From the NCBI GenBank assembly GCA_965197905.1, contig CBDAOB010000004.1, positions 1,376,001 to 1,440,000 on the forward strand: DNA of 64,000 nucleotides, read 5' to 3'. Below, piece by piece: positions 29,552-38,812 of the stretch. The notes beneath the pieces were generated by a model. It made no database searches. It was not told where the DNA came from and saw only the letters and a list, made by a program, of their open reading frames with translations. A program made the position numbers and the translations under genes. Origin of the DNA: Candidatus Latescibacterota bacterium. Lineage in GTDB: Bacteria; Latescibacterota; UBA2968; UBA8231. The number at the start of each line of letters is the position of its first letter. Positions within the stretch are counted from its first letter, which is position 1.

Positions 29552-31482
29552 TCAACTGTCGTCGTGGAGGAAGTCACCTGCAGCTTCATGCCGGCCAATA
29601 GGGTACTATTCAGACTGATGTTGTTGCGGCGAGCGAGGTCCTTGGCCGGCAGTCCGAACCTGCGGGCAATACCGTAGAGGGTGTCCCCTTTCACAACGGT
29701 GTACAGGGCCGCGTCGCTCGAACGGAGGGCCAGTTTCTGGCCGGGAAAAATCACATCCCCGTCGAGATCGTTCCAGGTCTTGAGCTCATGCAGTCCAATT
29801 CCCAGCTTGGCCGCGATTCCCCAGAGGGTTTCCCCGCTGCGTACGGTATAGGTCTCGCCCCCTGCGAGAGCGCGGGACAACAACCTGGGATTGCGTTTTG
29901 GAACCGACCGCAGCGACAGACGTTGACCGGGGAAAATCATGTCGCCGCGCACGTTGTTCAGCTTCCGCAGCTGTCTCACCTTGAGTCCGAAGCGGTGGGC
30001 GATGGAGGACAGCGAGTCCCCAGGTTTGACGACGTAGGCGGTGGAAGTGGTGCCAGATCCCGTTCCTTGAAAAGCCGGGATATGCAATCTCTGGCCCGGG
30101 AAGATGCGGTTTGGATTGCGCAGATTGTTGGCGTTTGCCACCACCCATGGTTTGACCCCGAACTCCGACGCGATGGTGGAAATGTTATCGTTCGGACGTA
30201 CGGTGTACTCGAACCACGCAACCTGCTTTTCGCGCGCGGGTAGCCGCCGATAGCAATCCAGGAAGCCTCCGGCCGCTCCGACGGGCACGCGCAAATCGTA
30301 CTTGCGTGAGCTGCGTTGTGGCGGCGTAGTGCCGCGACGCAGCTCTGGGTTCAGAAGCCGCAACGTTGTACGCGTCGTGCGGGCGCATTTCGCGGCTGAA
30401 GTCAGACGCAACGGATTGGGAAGTTCCACCTGCTCAAACGCCAGCGGCGAGTCCCGTTGGAGCCCGGTAAACCCGAAGAGCTCGGGCGCTTTCGAGATGA
30501 TGGTGGCCGCCATGAACAGCGGCACGTAGTTCCGCGTTTCCCGAGGAAGTTTGAGCTTCCAGTAGTCCCTGGTACTCTGCTTCTTTATGGCGCGACGAAC
30601 GCGATTTGGTCCACCGTTGTAGGCGGCAATGGCCAGACGCCAATCGCCGAATTTTGCATACAAACGTTTCAGGTGACGTGCCGCCGCCCGGGTAGACTTC
30701 CTCGGGTCGCGGCGTTCGTCGACCCAGTGCGTACGACTGAGTCCCTCCAAACGGCCGGTCGACTCCATGAACTGCCACATCCCCGCAGCGTGGGCACGGG
30801 AATACGCCTTCGGGTTGAATCCGCTTTCGATCATCGCCAGGTAGAGCAGATCCTTCGGCAGGCCTTCCGCCGCGAGAACCCGCAAAATGAGATCGCGATA
30901 TTTCCAGGACCGTTTATACCAGCTCATGTAGGTTTCGCGGCCTTTGGTTTGAAAGAAGCGGATGCTGGCCGCGACTCGAGCGTTGGCATCGATCGGCACG
31001 TCACAGTGCCGACTCAACTGGTGAATCCGAACAAATGGACTGGCGTCCTTTGGAAGATTTTCCAGTTCAGCTTCCGAGATTCCTTCGAGCAACAAAACCA
31101 GAGGGCTGTCAGGCGAGAAGTGCTCCAGGTGCGGCACCAGGCTCAGATAGGCTTGCTCCACTTGGCGGCGTAGCTCATCCGCGGTCTTATTGGCCTCGCG
31201 GTGAGCATCGTCTTCGGTATCGAACTGCCCCAACCGGTTGAAGGCAAGATCCAGCTCCCGCTGCGCCGCTGGGAACAGGGACGAATTGCGCGCCTCCGCA
31301 GCACGCAGAAGGTGCCAGCGGATGACGCGAATCATCTGTTTGGCCGATTCCGGGGTAACAGATTCAGCCAGAGAATCAATCGCGGCGGCGGAGGTTTCGA
31401 GAGATTTCCCGCGCTTACCCACCAAAGCGCAGGAGGCCAGCAACAGCAGCGCGCAAAAAGAAATCAACAGCAGACGCATCAT
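29548..31482 (-). CDS. MltD-like lytic transglycosylase lipoprotein with four LysM domains
   Basis: Lipobox LASC; AMIESGF, AGMWQFM, AYNGG, ETRNYVP; LysM repeats. Confidence 0.9.
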   Translation of the reverse strand: MMRLLLISFCALLLLASCALVGKRGKSLETSAAAIDSLAESVTPESAKQMIRVIRWHLLRAAEARNSSLFPAAQRELDLAFNRLGQFDTEDDAHREANKTADELRRQVEQAYLSLVPHLEHFSPDSPLVLLLEGISEAELENLPKDASPFVRIHQLSRHCDVPIDANARVAASIRFFQTKGRETYMSWYKRSWKYRDLILRVLAAEGLPKDLLYLAMIESGFNPKAYSRAHAAGMWQFMESTGRLEGLSRTHWVDERRDPRKSTRAAARHLKRLYAKFGDWRLAIAAYNGGPNRVRRAIKKQSTRDYWKLKLPRETRNYVPLFMAATIISKAPELFGFTGLQRDSPLAFEQVELPNPLRLTSAAKCARTTRTTLRLLNPELRRGTTPPQRSSRKYDLRVPVGAAGGFLDCYRRLPAREKQVAWFEYTVRPNDNISTIASEFGVKPWVVANANNLRNPNRIFPGQRLHIPAFQGTGSGTTSTAYVVKPGDSLSSIAHRFGLKVRQLRKLNNVRGDMIFPGQRLSLRSVPKRNPRLLSRALAGGETYTVRSGETLWGIAAKLGIGLHELKTWNDLDGDVIFPGQKLALRSSDAALYTVVKGDTLYGIARRFGLPAKDLARRNNISLNSTLLAGMKLQVTSSTTTVD

Positions 31483-32324
31483 GGCGCTGAGTTGGCGGGA
31501 AGGAGAATCTCGCCCCTGAGTTTCAGGGCGTTGTTGTAGGGGAACCCCCGGTTTCGAATCCGCTCCGCCAGCAGCTGAGCCTCCGATTCGTCGCGAAAGT
31601 TTCCCACTTCGACCTTGTAATAAGGTTCTTTGAAGGTGACGTCGATGTCGGCCCGCCGCAGGTCCCGCTGAGCACGTAGCTTGAAGCTTCTCGCCTTCTC
31701 GTGAACGAGAAACTGACTGAGAAGAACGCGCCAACCAAACCCTCGGACCATCTCTACAGCGGCCGGAGGCGGGGCGGCCTCCGCCGCCGGGGCAGCTTCG
31801 ACCGGTTCTACCGATTCCTCGTCAGCGTCAAGTTGGCCGGGTTCCCCAACCTGAACCACGTAGGCCGACTGGAAGGCGTCGTCAAGCGCTACAATCCTGG
31901 CGCGCAACGCCTCGGCTTCCATCTCTTCGGAGTACGCGCCAGCGCGCACGAGGAAGAGCTCGTTATGGCGGTCGACCACGAGCGGAACTTCCAACGTTTG
32001 CTGTAATTTCTGCGCCGAGGATTGCGCCGAAGACAAGCTGCTAAGAGCCATGATCTGAACGCGAAATACCGGGCCCTGTGGGACAGCCGCACTGTCCGGC
32101 GGCGCCGCAGCGGCGATGGCTTCAACCGACGGGGGCCGGAAGCGGGGTTGGATCAACAACAACTCTTCCCGCAGCGTTTCTGGATCGAACGTCTCCGCCA
32201 CCGCGTGCACCAACGCCAGCGGGTCGGACACCGAAACTCTGGCCAGCGTGGCGGCGGTGCCGCAACCCGACAGAGCACAGATCGCAAGCATACCTGCAAA
32301 TATCGTTTTGAAGGTCAAATGCAC
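31479..32324 (-). CDS. SPOR domain lipoprotein (two SPOR-like domains)
   Basis: Lipobox LSGC; FRVQI...VRAGAY and WRVLL...YKVEVGNF. Confidence 0.75.
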   Translation of the reverse strand: MHLTFKTIFAGMLAICALSGCGTAATLARVSVSDPLALVHAVAETFDPETLREELLLIQPRFRPPSVEAIAAAAPPDSAAVPQGPVFRVQIMALSSLSSAQSSAQKLQQTLEVPLVVDRHNELFLVRAGAYSEEMEAEALRARIVALDDAFQSAYVVQVGEPGQLDADEESVEPVEAAPAAEAAPPPAAVEMVRGFGWRVLLSQFLVHEKARSFKLRAQRDLRRADIDVTFKEPYYKVEVGNFRDESEAQLLAERIRNRGFPYNNALKLRGEILLPANSAP

Positions 32325-32346
32325 GTGTCCGTCTCGCGGTGACAAC

Positions 32347-33390
32347 CTATGACTCCTCCACCCAGTGCCGCAGTTGTTGTCCAAAGGGGGGCCGTGCGAC
32401 CCCCTTTTCGGAGATGATGGCGGAAACCAACCGATGAGGCGTCACGTCGAAAGCAGGGTTGTAGATCCCTACCCCTTCAGGTGCCGTGGCAACTCCGAAG
32501 CCACGGGATATTTCTTCAGCTTTGCGCTCTTCGATCGGTATCTGATCCCCGCTTTCGAGTTCCATGTCCAAGGTCGAAATCGGCGCTGCCACGTAGAAGG
32601 GTATGCCGTGCTCCTTAGCGGCGATGGCCAATCCGTAAGTCCCGATCTTGTTGGCGACGTCGCCGTTGGCCGCTATGCGGTCGGCTCCGACGATAACACA
32701 GTCGATCTGTTCCTTCCGCATAACCGCGGCCGCCATGCTGTCGCAGATCAACGTGACCTCCACCCCGCTCTCGTTCAGTTCCCAAGCCGTCAACCTGGCC
32801 CCCTGCAGCAGTGGTCTCGTTTCGTCGGCGAAAACCTTGATTCTTTTGTCTTGCTCGGCCGCCGCGTAGATGACTCCCAGCGCCGTTCCATAGTCCGCCG
32901 TTGCGAGGCTGCCGGCATTGCAGTGCGTTATCGCCGTTTGTCCGTCCTGCAATAGGGCGGCTCCGTGGTGACCCAGTTGCCGGCACACAGCTCGATCTGC
33001 TTCGAAGATTTCGTGCGCCCGCGCCAGCAACCGCGCGCAGATTTGATGATTGTCGGCGTCGGAGTTCGCCTCGAGAACTCGCCGCATCTGATTCAATGCC
33101 CAAAACAGGTTGACCGCTGTAGGGCGCGTCCCGGCGAGACGGTCCATCGAGTCGGCGACGTGAGTGCGGAATGCCGCCGGTTCGAGGTCGGCTCCTTCCT
33201 GGGCCCCAATCACAGCACCGTACGCAGCGGCAACACCGATGGCCGGAGCCCCGCGGACGCGCAGCTCGCGGATAGCCTCGGCAACGGTCTCCACGTCCTT
33301 GCATGAGAGGTAGGTGACTTCGCCAGGTAGACGGGTCTGGTCAAGGAGAACTAGAGCATCGTCTTCCCACTTGAGCGTTTGGATCGGCAT
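32347..33390 (-). CDS. mtnA: S-methyl-5-thioribose-1-phosphate isomerase
   Basis: VRGAPAIG, RPTAVNL, THCNAG, ETRPLLQG, NKIGTY, NPAFDVTP. Confidence 0.95.
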   Translation of the reverse strand: MPIQTLKWEDDALVLLDQTRLPGEVTYLSCKDVETVAEAIRELRVRGAPAIGVAAAYGAVIGAQEGADLEPAAFRTHVADSMDRLAGTRPTAVNLFWALNQMRRVLEANSDADNHQICARLLARAHEIFEADRAVCRQLGHHGAALLQDGQTAITHCNAGSLATADYGTALGVIYAAAEQDKRIKVFADETRPLLQGARLTAWELNESGVEVTLICDSMAAAVMRKEQIDCVIVGADRIAANGDVANKIGTYGLAIAAKEHGIPFYVAAPISTLDMELESGDQIPIEERKAEEISRGFGVATAPEGVGIYNPAFDVTPHRLVSAIISEKGVARPPFGQQLRHWVEES

Positions 33391-33391
33391 C

Positions 33392-33557
33392 TAGTGCCCT
33401 GTATCGGAAGTAGGCTTGTGAAATGAAGGCGCCGAGTCGCCCGGTCTGCAAGGCACGGGATCGAGGCGTATTGGTGAAATACGCCGAGTGAGCGTAACGC
33501 AGCAGATCGGGATAAATCGGCGAATTAATACAGGCATATTTTCGATACAGGGCACTA
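33392..33557. mobile_element. MITE-like element, 162 bp with TA duplication and terminal inverted repeats
   Basis: TA-GTGCCCTGTATCG...CGATACAGGGCAC-TA; removal restores rsfS TAG abutting mtnA ATG; folds as long rod. Confidence 0.7.
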
Positions 33558-33977
33558 TCTTCGTGCGAATTCGAATCCCCGACGGGCCTCGGGTGCCGGA
33601 TCCGGAGCAGTGCTGGATTCGAATTCGGTTCGGGGCGCATCGCCCCAGAGGCGCTCGAGGGCGTAAAACTCTCGCGTATCGTGCTGGAAAATGTGTACGG
33701 CAATGTCGACGTAATCCAATAGCACCCAACGTCGCTCTTTCAAACCTTCAACATGCAGGGGTCGTTCGTTCTCGAGTTTGAGCTCGCGCTCCACCGCTTC
33801 GGCCAGCACCTTTACATGCTGTGGCGAGGTGCCGGTGCACAAGAGGAAATAGTCGAGCAGATCGGTTACCTCGCGCAAGTCCAGGAGAACGATATCCATC
33901 CCTTTTTTCTCCTGGAGGGCCCCAACCATCCGCGGCATGTTCGGGCTCTCTATCGGCTTCGGAATTGTTTCGCTCAC
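33555..33977 (-). CDS. rsfS: Ribosome silencing factor RsfS (Iojap)
   Basis: EKKGMDIVLLDL, DYFLLCTG, WVLLDY, REFYALERLWGDA. Confidence 0.95.
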   Translation of the reverse strand: MSETIPKPIESPNMPRMVGALQEKKGMDIVLLDLREVTDLLDYFLLCTGTSPQHVKVLAEAVERELKLENERPLHVEGLKERRWVLLDYVDIAVHIFQHDTREFYALERLWGDAPRTEFESSTAPDPAPEARRGFEFARR

Positions 33978-34423
33978 TTGCCGTGCTCGAGTAGTTTGAG
34001 TTCTTTGTGGTCGTGGCCGATGATGATCGAAACGTCGGCTACGCTGTAGGAATCTACGGCGATCTGTTGGGCGTAGTTTGGCACTCCTAAAATCATCGCA
34101 ACCTGGAGCGCTTTGGACATGTCTCCGCGGCGATCCAGGACGATGGTTTCGAGGAAATTGAAACTTTCCGCATCACCTTCGTGGATTACGTCGATACCCA
34201 AATCGCGGGCTTTTCTCGTGAGTCGTGCCGCCGCCTTGGGCGCCCCGCAACCGTTCAGGACCTCGACCCGAATCGGGCGTTCTAGCTGCGGTGTCTTGAG
34301 CGGTACCTCACGGGGACCTGCTCCGCTTTCCAGATAACGCCAGGTAGAACCGGCCACCAAAACCACGCCGGCAACGCACCCCAATAGCCAAAGCGCCTTT
34401 CTCTGGACCGAACCCGCATTCAA
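33974..34423 (-). CDS. LytR C-terminal domain membrane-anchored protein
   Basis: N-terminal TM segment, IRVEVLNGCG, DVSIIIGHD; start uncertain. Confidence 0.75.
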   Translation of the reverse strand: MNAGSVQRKALWLLGCVAGVVLVAGSTWRYLESGAGPREVPLKTPQLERPIRVEVLNGCGAPKAAARLTRKARDLGIDVIHEGDAESFNFLETIVLDRRGDMSKALQVAMILGVPNYAQQIAVDSYSVADVSIIIGHDHKELKLLEHGK

Positions 34424-34888
34424 GAGAAGGTCAACCGCCTGTTTTGTAAAGGAGGACGGCGGCCAAACGGCGAGAAGTCTGGCCTTGGAGACGGAGAGAC
34501 CTGCGGGAGATACCAAAAATATCGCCGGCAACGTCGAATCTCAGCCGGCTGGCGGGATCGTCAGGGAATTAATTAAATGAAGCGTAAATAAGCTGTTAAG
34601 TCAACTAAAGAGAGGGCAATTCGGAGGTTGGTGCAGAAAGGCTGGCGCCGACGGCCGGGGGTGCGGAAAACGATTCGAAATCCGGCTTTTAGACGAATGA
34701 CAACCCGATACGCAGAAACAGGTAGGAAAAACTCGCGGCGGTAAGTACTCGGGCAAGCAGGTCGGAAGGGGTTTGGTGAGTCATGGTTTTTCGTTCGACG
34801 GTGAACAAATAAGCTACTGAACATTTGTATAATAGTGGACATTAATGCAGCTGCCAAGCGGGAAACGCGTCGGTAAGGATCGTCAGCG

Positions 34889-35842
34889 GTGGAACAGATA
34901 ACCGAGGAGGAGATTCGCCAGCACTTCGACATGGAGATGTTTCTCGACGCCTGTCATCGCGGATTCACCCTTTTTGGAACCGGTGAGCTGATCAATCCCG
35001 AACGCCGCGAATGGGTTGAAGCGGACAAGTCGTTCCACCTGGTAATGGAGGCGGAATGGAAAGAGCGCTACAAAGCGCGCAAAACCATCGACGAGCAGTC
35101 GGACGTGAGTACCGGGCGGTTGGGAGAGCGGCGCGCGATGATGACGCTGACGGATCTGCAGGCGGAGAGCGTGGTAGAGATGGGCGCGGACCTGGTCACG
35201 GATATGCGCACTGGGGCGGCCGCAGCATTGGGGCTGCAGTACCTTTGCCCCCCTTCTCTACGCCGCTTGGCAGTAATCGGCACCGGGCGAGTTGCCCTGC
35301 GTGCAGCACTTGCCTGCGACGAGCTGCACCAGCTCGAATGTATTGTGGTCACCAGCCGCAACCCGGAAAACCGCGAGCGTTTCGCCGCTCAAGCCAGCTC
35401 CGTCGCCAACGCCCGCATCGAACTCGCACCCGACGTCGACCGCTGCGTCGCCGATGCCGACGCCATCGTCGCGGCGGTGCCGACACCGCAGCCGGTATTG
35501 TCGAAAGCGCACGTGGAGGGAAAAATGCTGGTTGCGATCGGGGGAGATTCACGCACTCAGCAGCTTGCCCCGGAGATCCTCAGCGAGCAGATCATTCTGC
35601 CGGATCATCTGCAACAGACCATGAAGGCGGGCGAATTTCGCCGCGCGCAAGAAGACGGTCAGCTCGAGTCCGTTCGTTTTGCGCGAGATGAGAACGGGAC
35701 GGTTCTGAATATGGGCGATGCCGCCTGCGAACGATTGGGTGGCGTTCGACCCCAGGTGGTCTATTTGACCGGCGTCGCGGCCCTCGACCTGTGCGCTGCG
35801 GTCATGATCTACGAGGGGCTCAGAAAAGGGCGGAATATTTGA
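34889..35842 (+). CDS. Ornithine cyclodeaminase/mu-crystallin family protein
   Basis: TDMRTGAA, IGTGRVA, TGVAALDL. Confidence 0.8.
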   Translation: MEQITEEEIRQHFDMEMFLDACHRGFTLFGTGELINPERREWVEADKSFHLVMEAEWKERYKARKTIDEQSDVSTGRLGERRAMMTLTDLQAESVVEMGADLVTDMRTGAAAALGLQYLCPPSLRRLAVIGTGRVALRAALACDELHQLECIVVTSRNPENRERFAAQASSVANARIELAPDVDRCVADADAIVAAVPTPQPVLSKAHVEGKMLVAIGGDSRTQQLAPEILSEQIILPDHLQQTMKAGEFRRAQEDGQLESVRFARDENGTVLNMGDAACERLGGVRPQVVYLTGVAALDLCAAVMIYEGLRKGRNI

Positions 35843-38546
35843 AGGTCATGATGTAGTCCTGAGTCCCTCTGCGTTTGGCTTTGGCGCGACTGTCGTAGAC
35901 GTCCCAGCCGAACCCGAAAAGGAACCGGTCTTTGTAGAGGGACAGAGCCAATCCCATGGATACGGCGATGGAATTGTCCGTGGACAAGGCCTCGAGGACG
36001 TTCCCGATCGCCGTCAAATGCACACCGGAAATCGAAGCGTTTTCGGAATTGTGCCAGCCGGCGAACGCCAATCCGGGCAATCCTATGAGGCGCTCCGTCT
36101 CGCCCTTCACCTTGTTGCCATTCTTGTCGGTGTAATTCCGTCCCGGCCGTACCGTCAAGAACGAGACCAGCGGTTTGGCCTCAAACTCCCACTTCCACCC
36201 TCCCGCCTCCAGAACCTGGGACACAGTCTGCGGCGGTGCGCCCGGATAACTGCTGGTGGTCACCTTGATACGCGCCCGTTTTATGGCAGCTTCCTCCAGG
36301 CGCAGGCTCAATCCGTCTGCAAACACGGTTCCATGGCTCGATTCGTGGAGCTGCAGCTGGGTCCGTTTGGCGCTCCCCCTGGGATCGTAGTTGGCGTCGA
36401 GTTTCACCCATTCGATGTTGATCTTGCGACCAACCAGGGCGCGACGAAGTGAGTCGTCCATGGCGATGCCCACCTCGATCTTAGTTGCATCGCGCACGAT
36501 CACCGGGGTTCGGTTCCATTCGACATCGAGGGTGTCTTTGCTCGTCTTCCGAGTGGCGGTCACCATCGCGATCTCGGCCAGGTCGATGTTTCCCAGAGCC
36601 CCTTTGCCTCTTATCGGAATCGGACGCGCCTTGTCTTTCAGGTCGTTGCTGATGAGCAATATCTTCCCCAGCCGGTTACCCAGCACCTGCGGAGAAAAAT
36701 AGATCTGCACCCTGGTGGACTCACCGGGACGCAGGGTAAAGTTGTTCGGTTCGGCGTGTGCTTCCGGGGTCAGGGACCGGGCTTCGACACGCGATTCGGA
36801 GTCACCGCTGTTGGTGGCAACGATGGTGCGGGCTTCGCGTTTACCCAGTTCCACGTACCCGAATTCCAGGGGACCGGAGGGATGCAGCTCGATTTCGGCG
36901 GCCACGCCCGTGCCGTTCAGCAGCACCTCCAGGGTTTCGCTACCGTCTTCCCAGAACCCCTTCAGTTTGAGGACTTCCGACACCGTTCCCCGGTCGGAGG
37001 GACTGAAAGCGAGGTTGAGGGGCAGTGAACGCAAACCGTTGGCGGGCAGAACGAACTTGTTGCTCTCGCTCACCTGGGTATAGACGGCGAAGGCGTCGCC
37101 GGTTGACTTAACTTCATCCACGGTGAAATCGACGTTGCCGATGTTTAGAATCTCCACTATCTGGCTGCTGCTTTCACCGACGGCGATGCGGCCGAAATCG
37201 ACGGTAGAAGGATTCAGCTTGAGAAACCTTCCCTCCCCGCGAAGCGGCAACCGACGAAGACCTGATGCGGTCTCCACGATCACGTCGGCGGTGCGAGCGC
37301 CCAGCTCCCTGGGCGTGAAAACGATTTCGACCGCCCGGCTTTCTCCTGGCTGCAACAGTATCGATGGTGATTCGATAACGAACTCCGCGGCCGCGACACC
37401 TTCCACGTTCATCTTAACGGTGAAAGGCACCCCACCTCGGTTCCACAACAGAAGGTTCTCCTTCTGCTGCCTGCCGAGACCTGCACTGCCGAAATCGATG
37501 CGGCGAACGTTCAGGATCTCGATGATCGCAGGACTCGTCTGCGCCTGTGCTTTAATGGGGATCACCGTCAGCGGCGAAACGGGATCATTGGTAGAGAGAT
37601 TGAGCTTGCCGGTGACCTTTCCACTCAAATCCGGTTCGAACACCACCTCGAGTTGTAGCTGCCCACCCGGTGGGACCGACCGCAATGAGTCGGGACTCCA
37701 TGCCGGCGCGAACCCTCCACCGGAAACGGATGCCTGCGAAATCGTCAGGTCGGACGAGCCGCGATTGAGTATGGTTGCGCGGCGCACTTGTCGACTGCCG
37801 ACCATGACCGTTCCGAAATCCAGTCCCACTTCCGACAGCGGCGAGTAGAGTGCTAGCGGCGCCTGACCGCCAGCCCGCAACTCCCATTCCATTATAGCTG
37901 GAGTTTGATCCGCCGACCGGAGCACCAGGGTCGTGTGATAGGTTCCGGCCTTCTGAGGCGCAAATTCGAGTGCCAGTTCGACGATTGCCGCCGGCTTCAA
38001 TACCGCGCTTGGCGGCTGCGGAATGCGAAACCCCATCGTGGGGTTGGTTAGGTAGAAGCTGTCGATGGCCACGGGTACGGGAGAGGTATTCTCCAGCCGG
38101 ATGGTTCGGCGGACCGTCTCACCCGCGGTCGCGGATCCGAAATCGAGGCCTTGGCGGGGCGCGGGTGAAAGCCCGAGAACGGGCTGGACCACCTCGACGC
38201 GGAGCGCCACGGAGTACCGCTCTGATGTGAAAAGTTTCTTGACGGTCAGTTGAAGGCGACCTTCGCGAACACCTTCAGAAGAGCCTTCGAACCTGATCCC
38301 TATTCTGCGCTCCGCCCCGCCCTGGAGGTAGACGGTATCGACGTCTGTCGCGAACGACGTTCCCTTCAGGCTCAGTTCGATCTCGAGATCATCGTCCGTC
38401 ACGTTGCCCAGGCTGACTTCACCGTTTGCCGATTGGGCTACTTTGACCACCCCGAGATCGAGTTTTTCGGGAGTCGTGGTTAACGATTGCGCGAACGCGG
38501 AGGCGGCCAGGAAAAGGCAGGAAAGGAAAGCAACTACGACTGGCAT
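35820..38546 (-). CDS. Exported protein with six ASH/choice-of-anchor-D Ig-like domains and unknown C-terminal domain
   Basis: Signal peptide (AFA-Q); six repeats of about 100 aa, (L/I/V)(D/E)(F/L)G...N; ends in Phe. Confidence 0.75.
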   Translation of the reverse strand: MPVVVAFLSCLFLAASAFAQSLTTTPEKLDLGVVKVAQSANGEVSLGNVTDDDLEIELSLKGTSFATDVDTVYLQGGAERRIGIRFEGSSEGVREGRLQLTVKKLFTSERYSVALRVEVVQPVLGLSPAPRQGLDFGSATAGETVRRTIRLENTSPVPVAIDSFYLTNPTMGFRIPQPPSAVLKPAAIVELALEFAPQKAGTYHTTLVLRSADQTPAIMEWELRAGGQAPLALYSPLSEVGLDFGTVMVGSRQVRRATILNRGSSDLTISQASVSGGGFAPAWSPDSLRSVPPGGQLQLEVVFEPDLSGKVTGKLNLSTNDPVSPLTVIPIKAQAQTSPAIIEILNVRRIDFGSAGLGRQQKENLLLWNRGGVPFTVKMNVEGVAAAEFVIESPSILLQPGESRAVEIVFTPRELGARTADVIVETASGLRRLPLRGEGRFLKLNPSTVDFGRIAVGESSSQIVEILNIGNVDFTVDEVKSTGDAFAVYTQVSESNKFVLPANGLRSLPLNLAFSPSDRGTVSEVLKLKGFWEDGSETLEVLLNGTGVAAEIELHPSGPLEFGYVELGKREARTIVATNSGDSESRVEARSLTPEAHAEPNNFTLRPGESTRVQIYFSPQVLGNRLGKILLISNDLKDKARPIPIRGKGALGNIDLAEIAMVTATRKTSKDTLDVEWNRTPVIVRDATKIEVGIAMDDSLRRALVGRKINIEWVKLDANYDPRGSAKRTQLQLHESSHGTVFADGLSLRLEEAAIKRARIKVTTSSYPGAPPQTVSQVLEAGGWKWEFEAKPLVSFLTVRPGRNYTDKNGNKVKGETERLIGLPGLAFAGWHNSENASISGVHLTAIGNVLEALSTDNSIAVSMGLALSLYKDRFLFGFGWDVYDSRAKAKRRGTQDYIMTFKYSALF

Positions 38547-38575
38547 ACGGTAGACGGACTATTAACTGGGAGAAT

Positions 38576-38689
38576 AAAAAAGAGCGACCAACTCACCAGA
38601 ATGCCTCGCGGATATTTGTCGAAGTTCCACATTCGGAAGTTGTGGAAAACTTCCAGAGGGGCATTCCTTCATGAATTCAGGTCACTCTT
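38576..38689 (-). ncRNA. Candidate rod-shaped small RNA or structured leader, about 110 nt
   Basis: 5' AAGAGUGACC pairs with 3' GGUCGCUCUU followed by U-tract; nested inner stems; starts 7 nt after a -10 box. Confidence 0.55.
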
Positions 38690-38696
38690 AGGCGTC

Positions 38697-38725
38697 AAGA
38701 TACCGAAATTGAGAATGAGTGTCAA
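38697..38725 (-). promoter_or_regulatory. Sigma70 promoter flanked by inverted TTCATGAATTC boxes
   Basis: TTGACA-17-TATCTT; boxes at 38668-38678 and 38726-38736. Confidence 0.7.
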
Positions 38726-38812
38726 GAATTCATGAAACGTAGCTAAATCACTGCATCTTCTGTATTTGCGCCTTCTCTTCGAAGCTGGGCGGAGGGTTTC
38801 TCGCAGGTCTAT

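Noticed and set aside
33392..33557. 6S RNA
   Set aside because: Size and rod fold are compatible, but there is no room for a promoter or terminator and clean TA-flanked excision favours a MITE; not fully excluded without an Rfam scan
34424..34888. tRNA or ncRNA in the long divergent intergenic region
   Set aside because: No cloverleaf or convincing extended pairing found; only AT-rich promoter-like sequence
38576..38689. SRP (4.5S) RNA or a known riboswitch
   Set aside because: No conserved SRP GGAA tetraloop/AGCAG motif and no riboswitch consensus recognisable by eye
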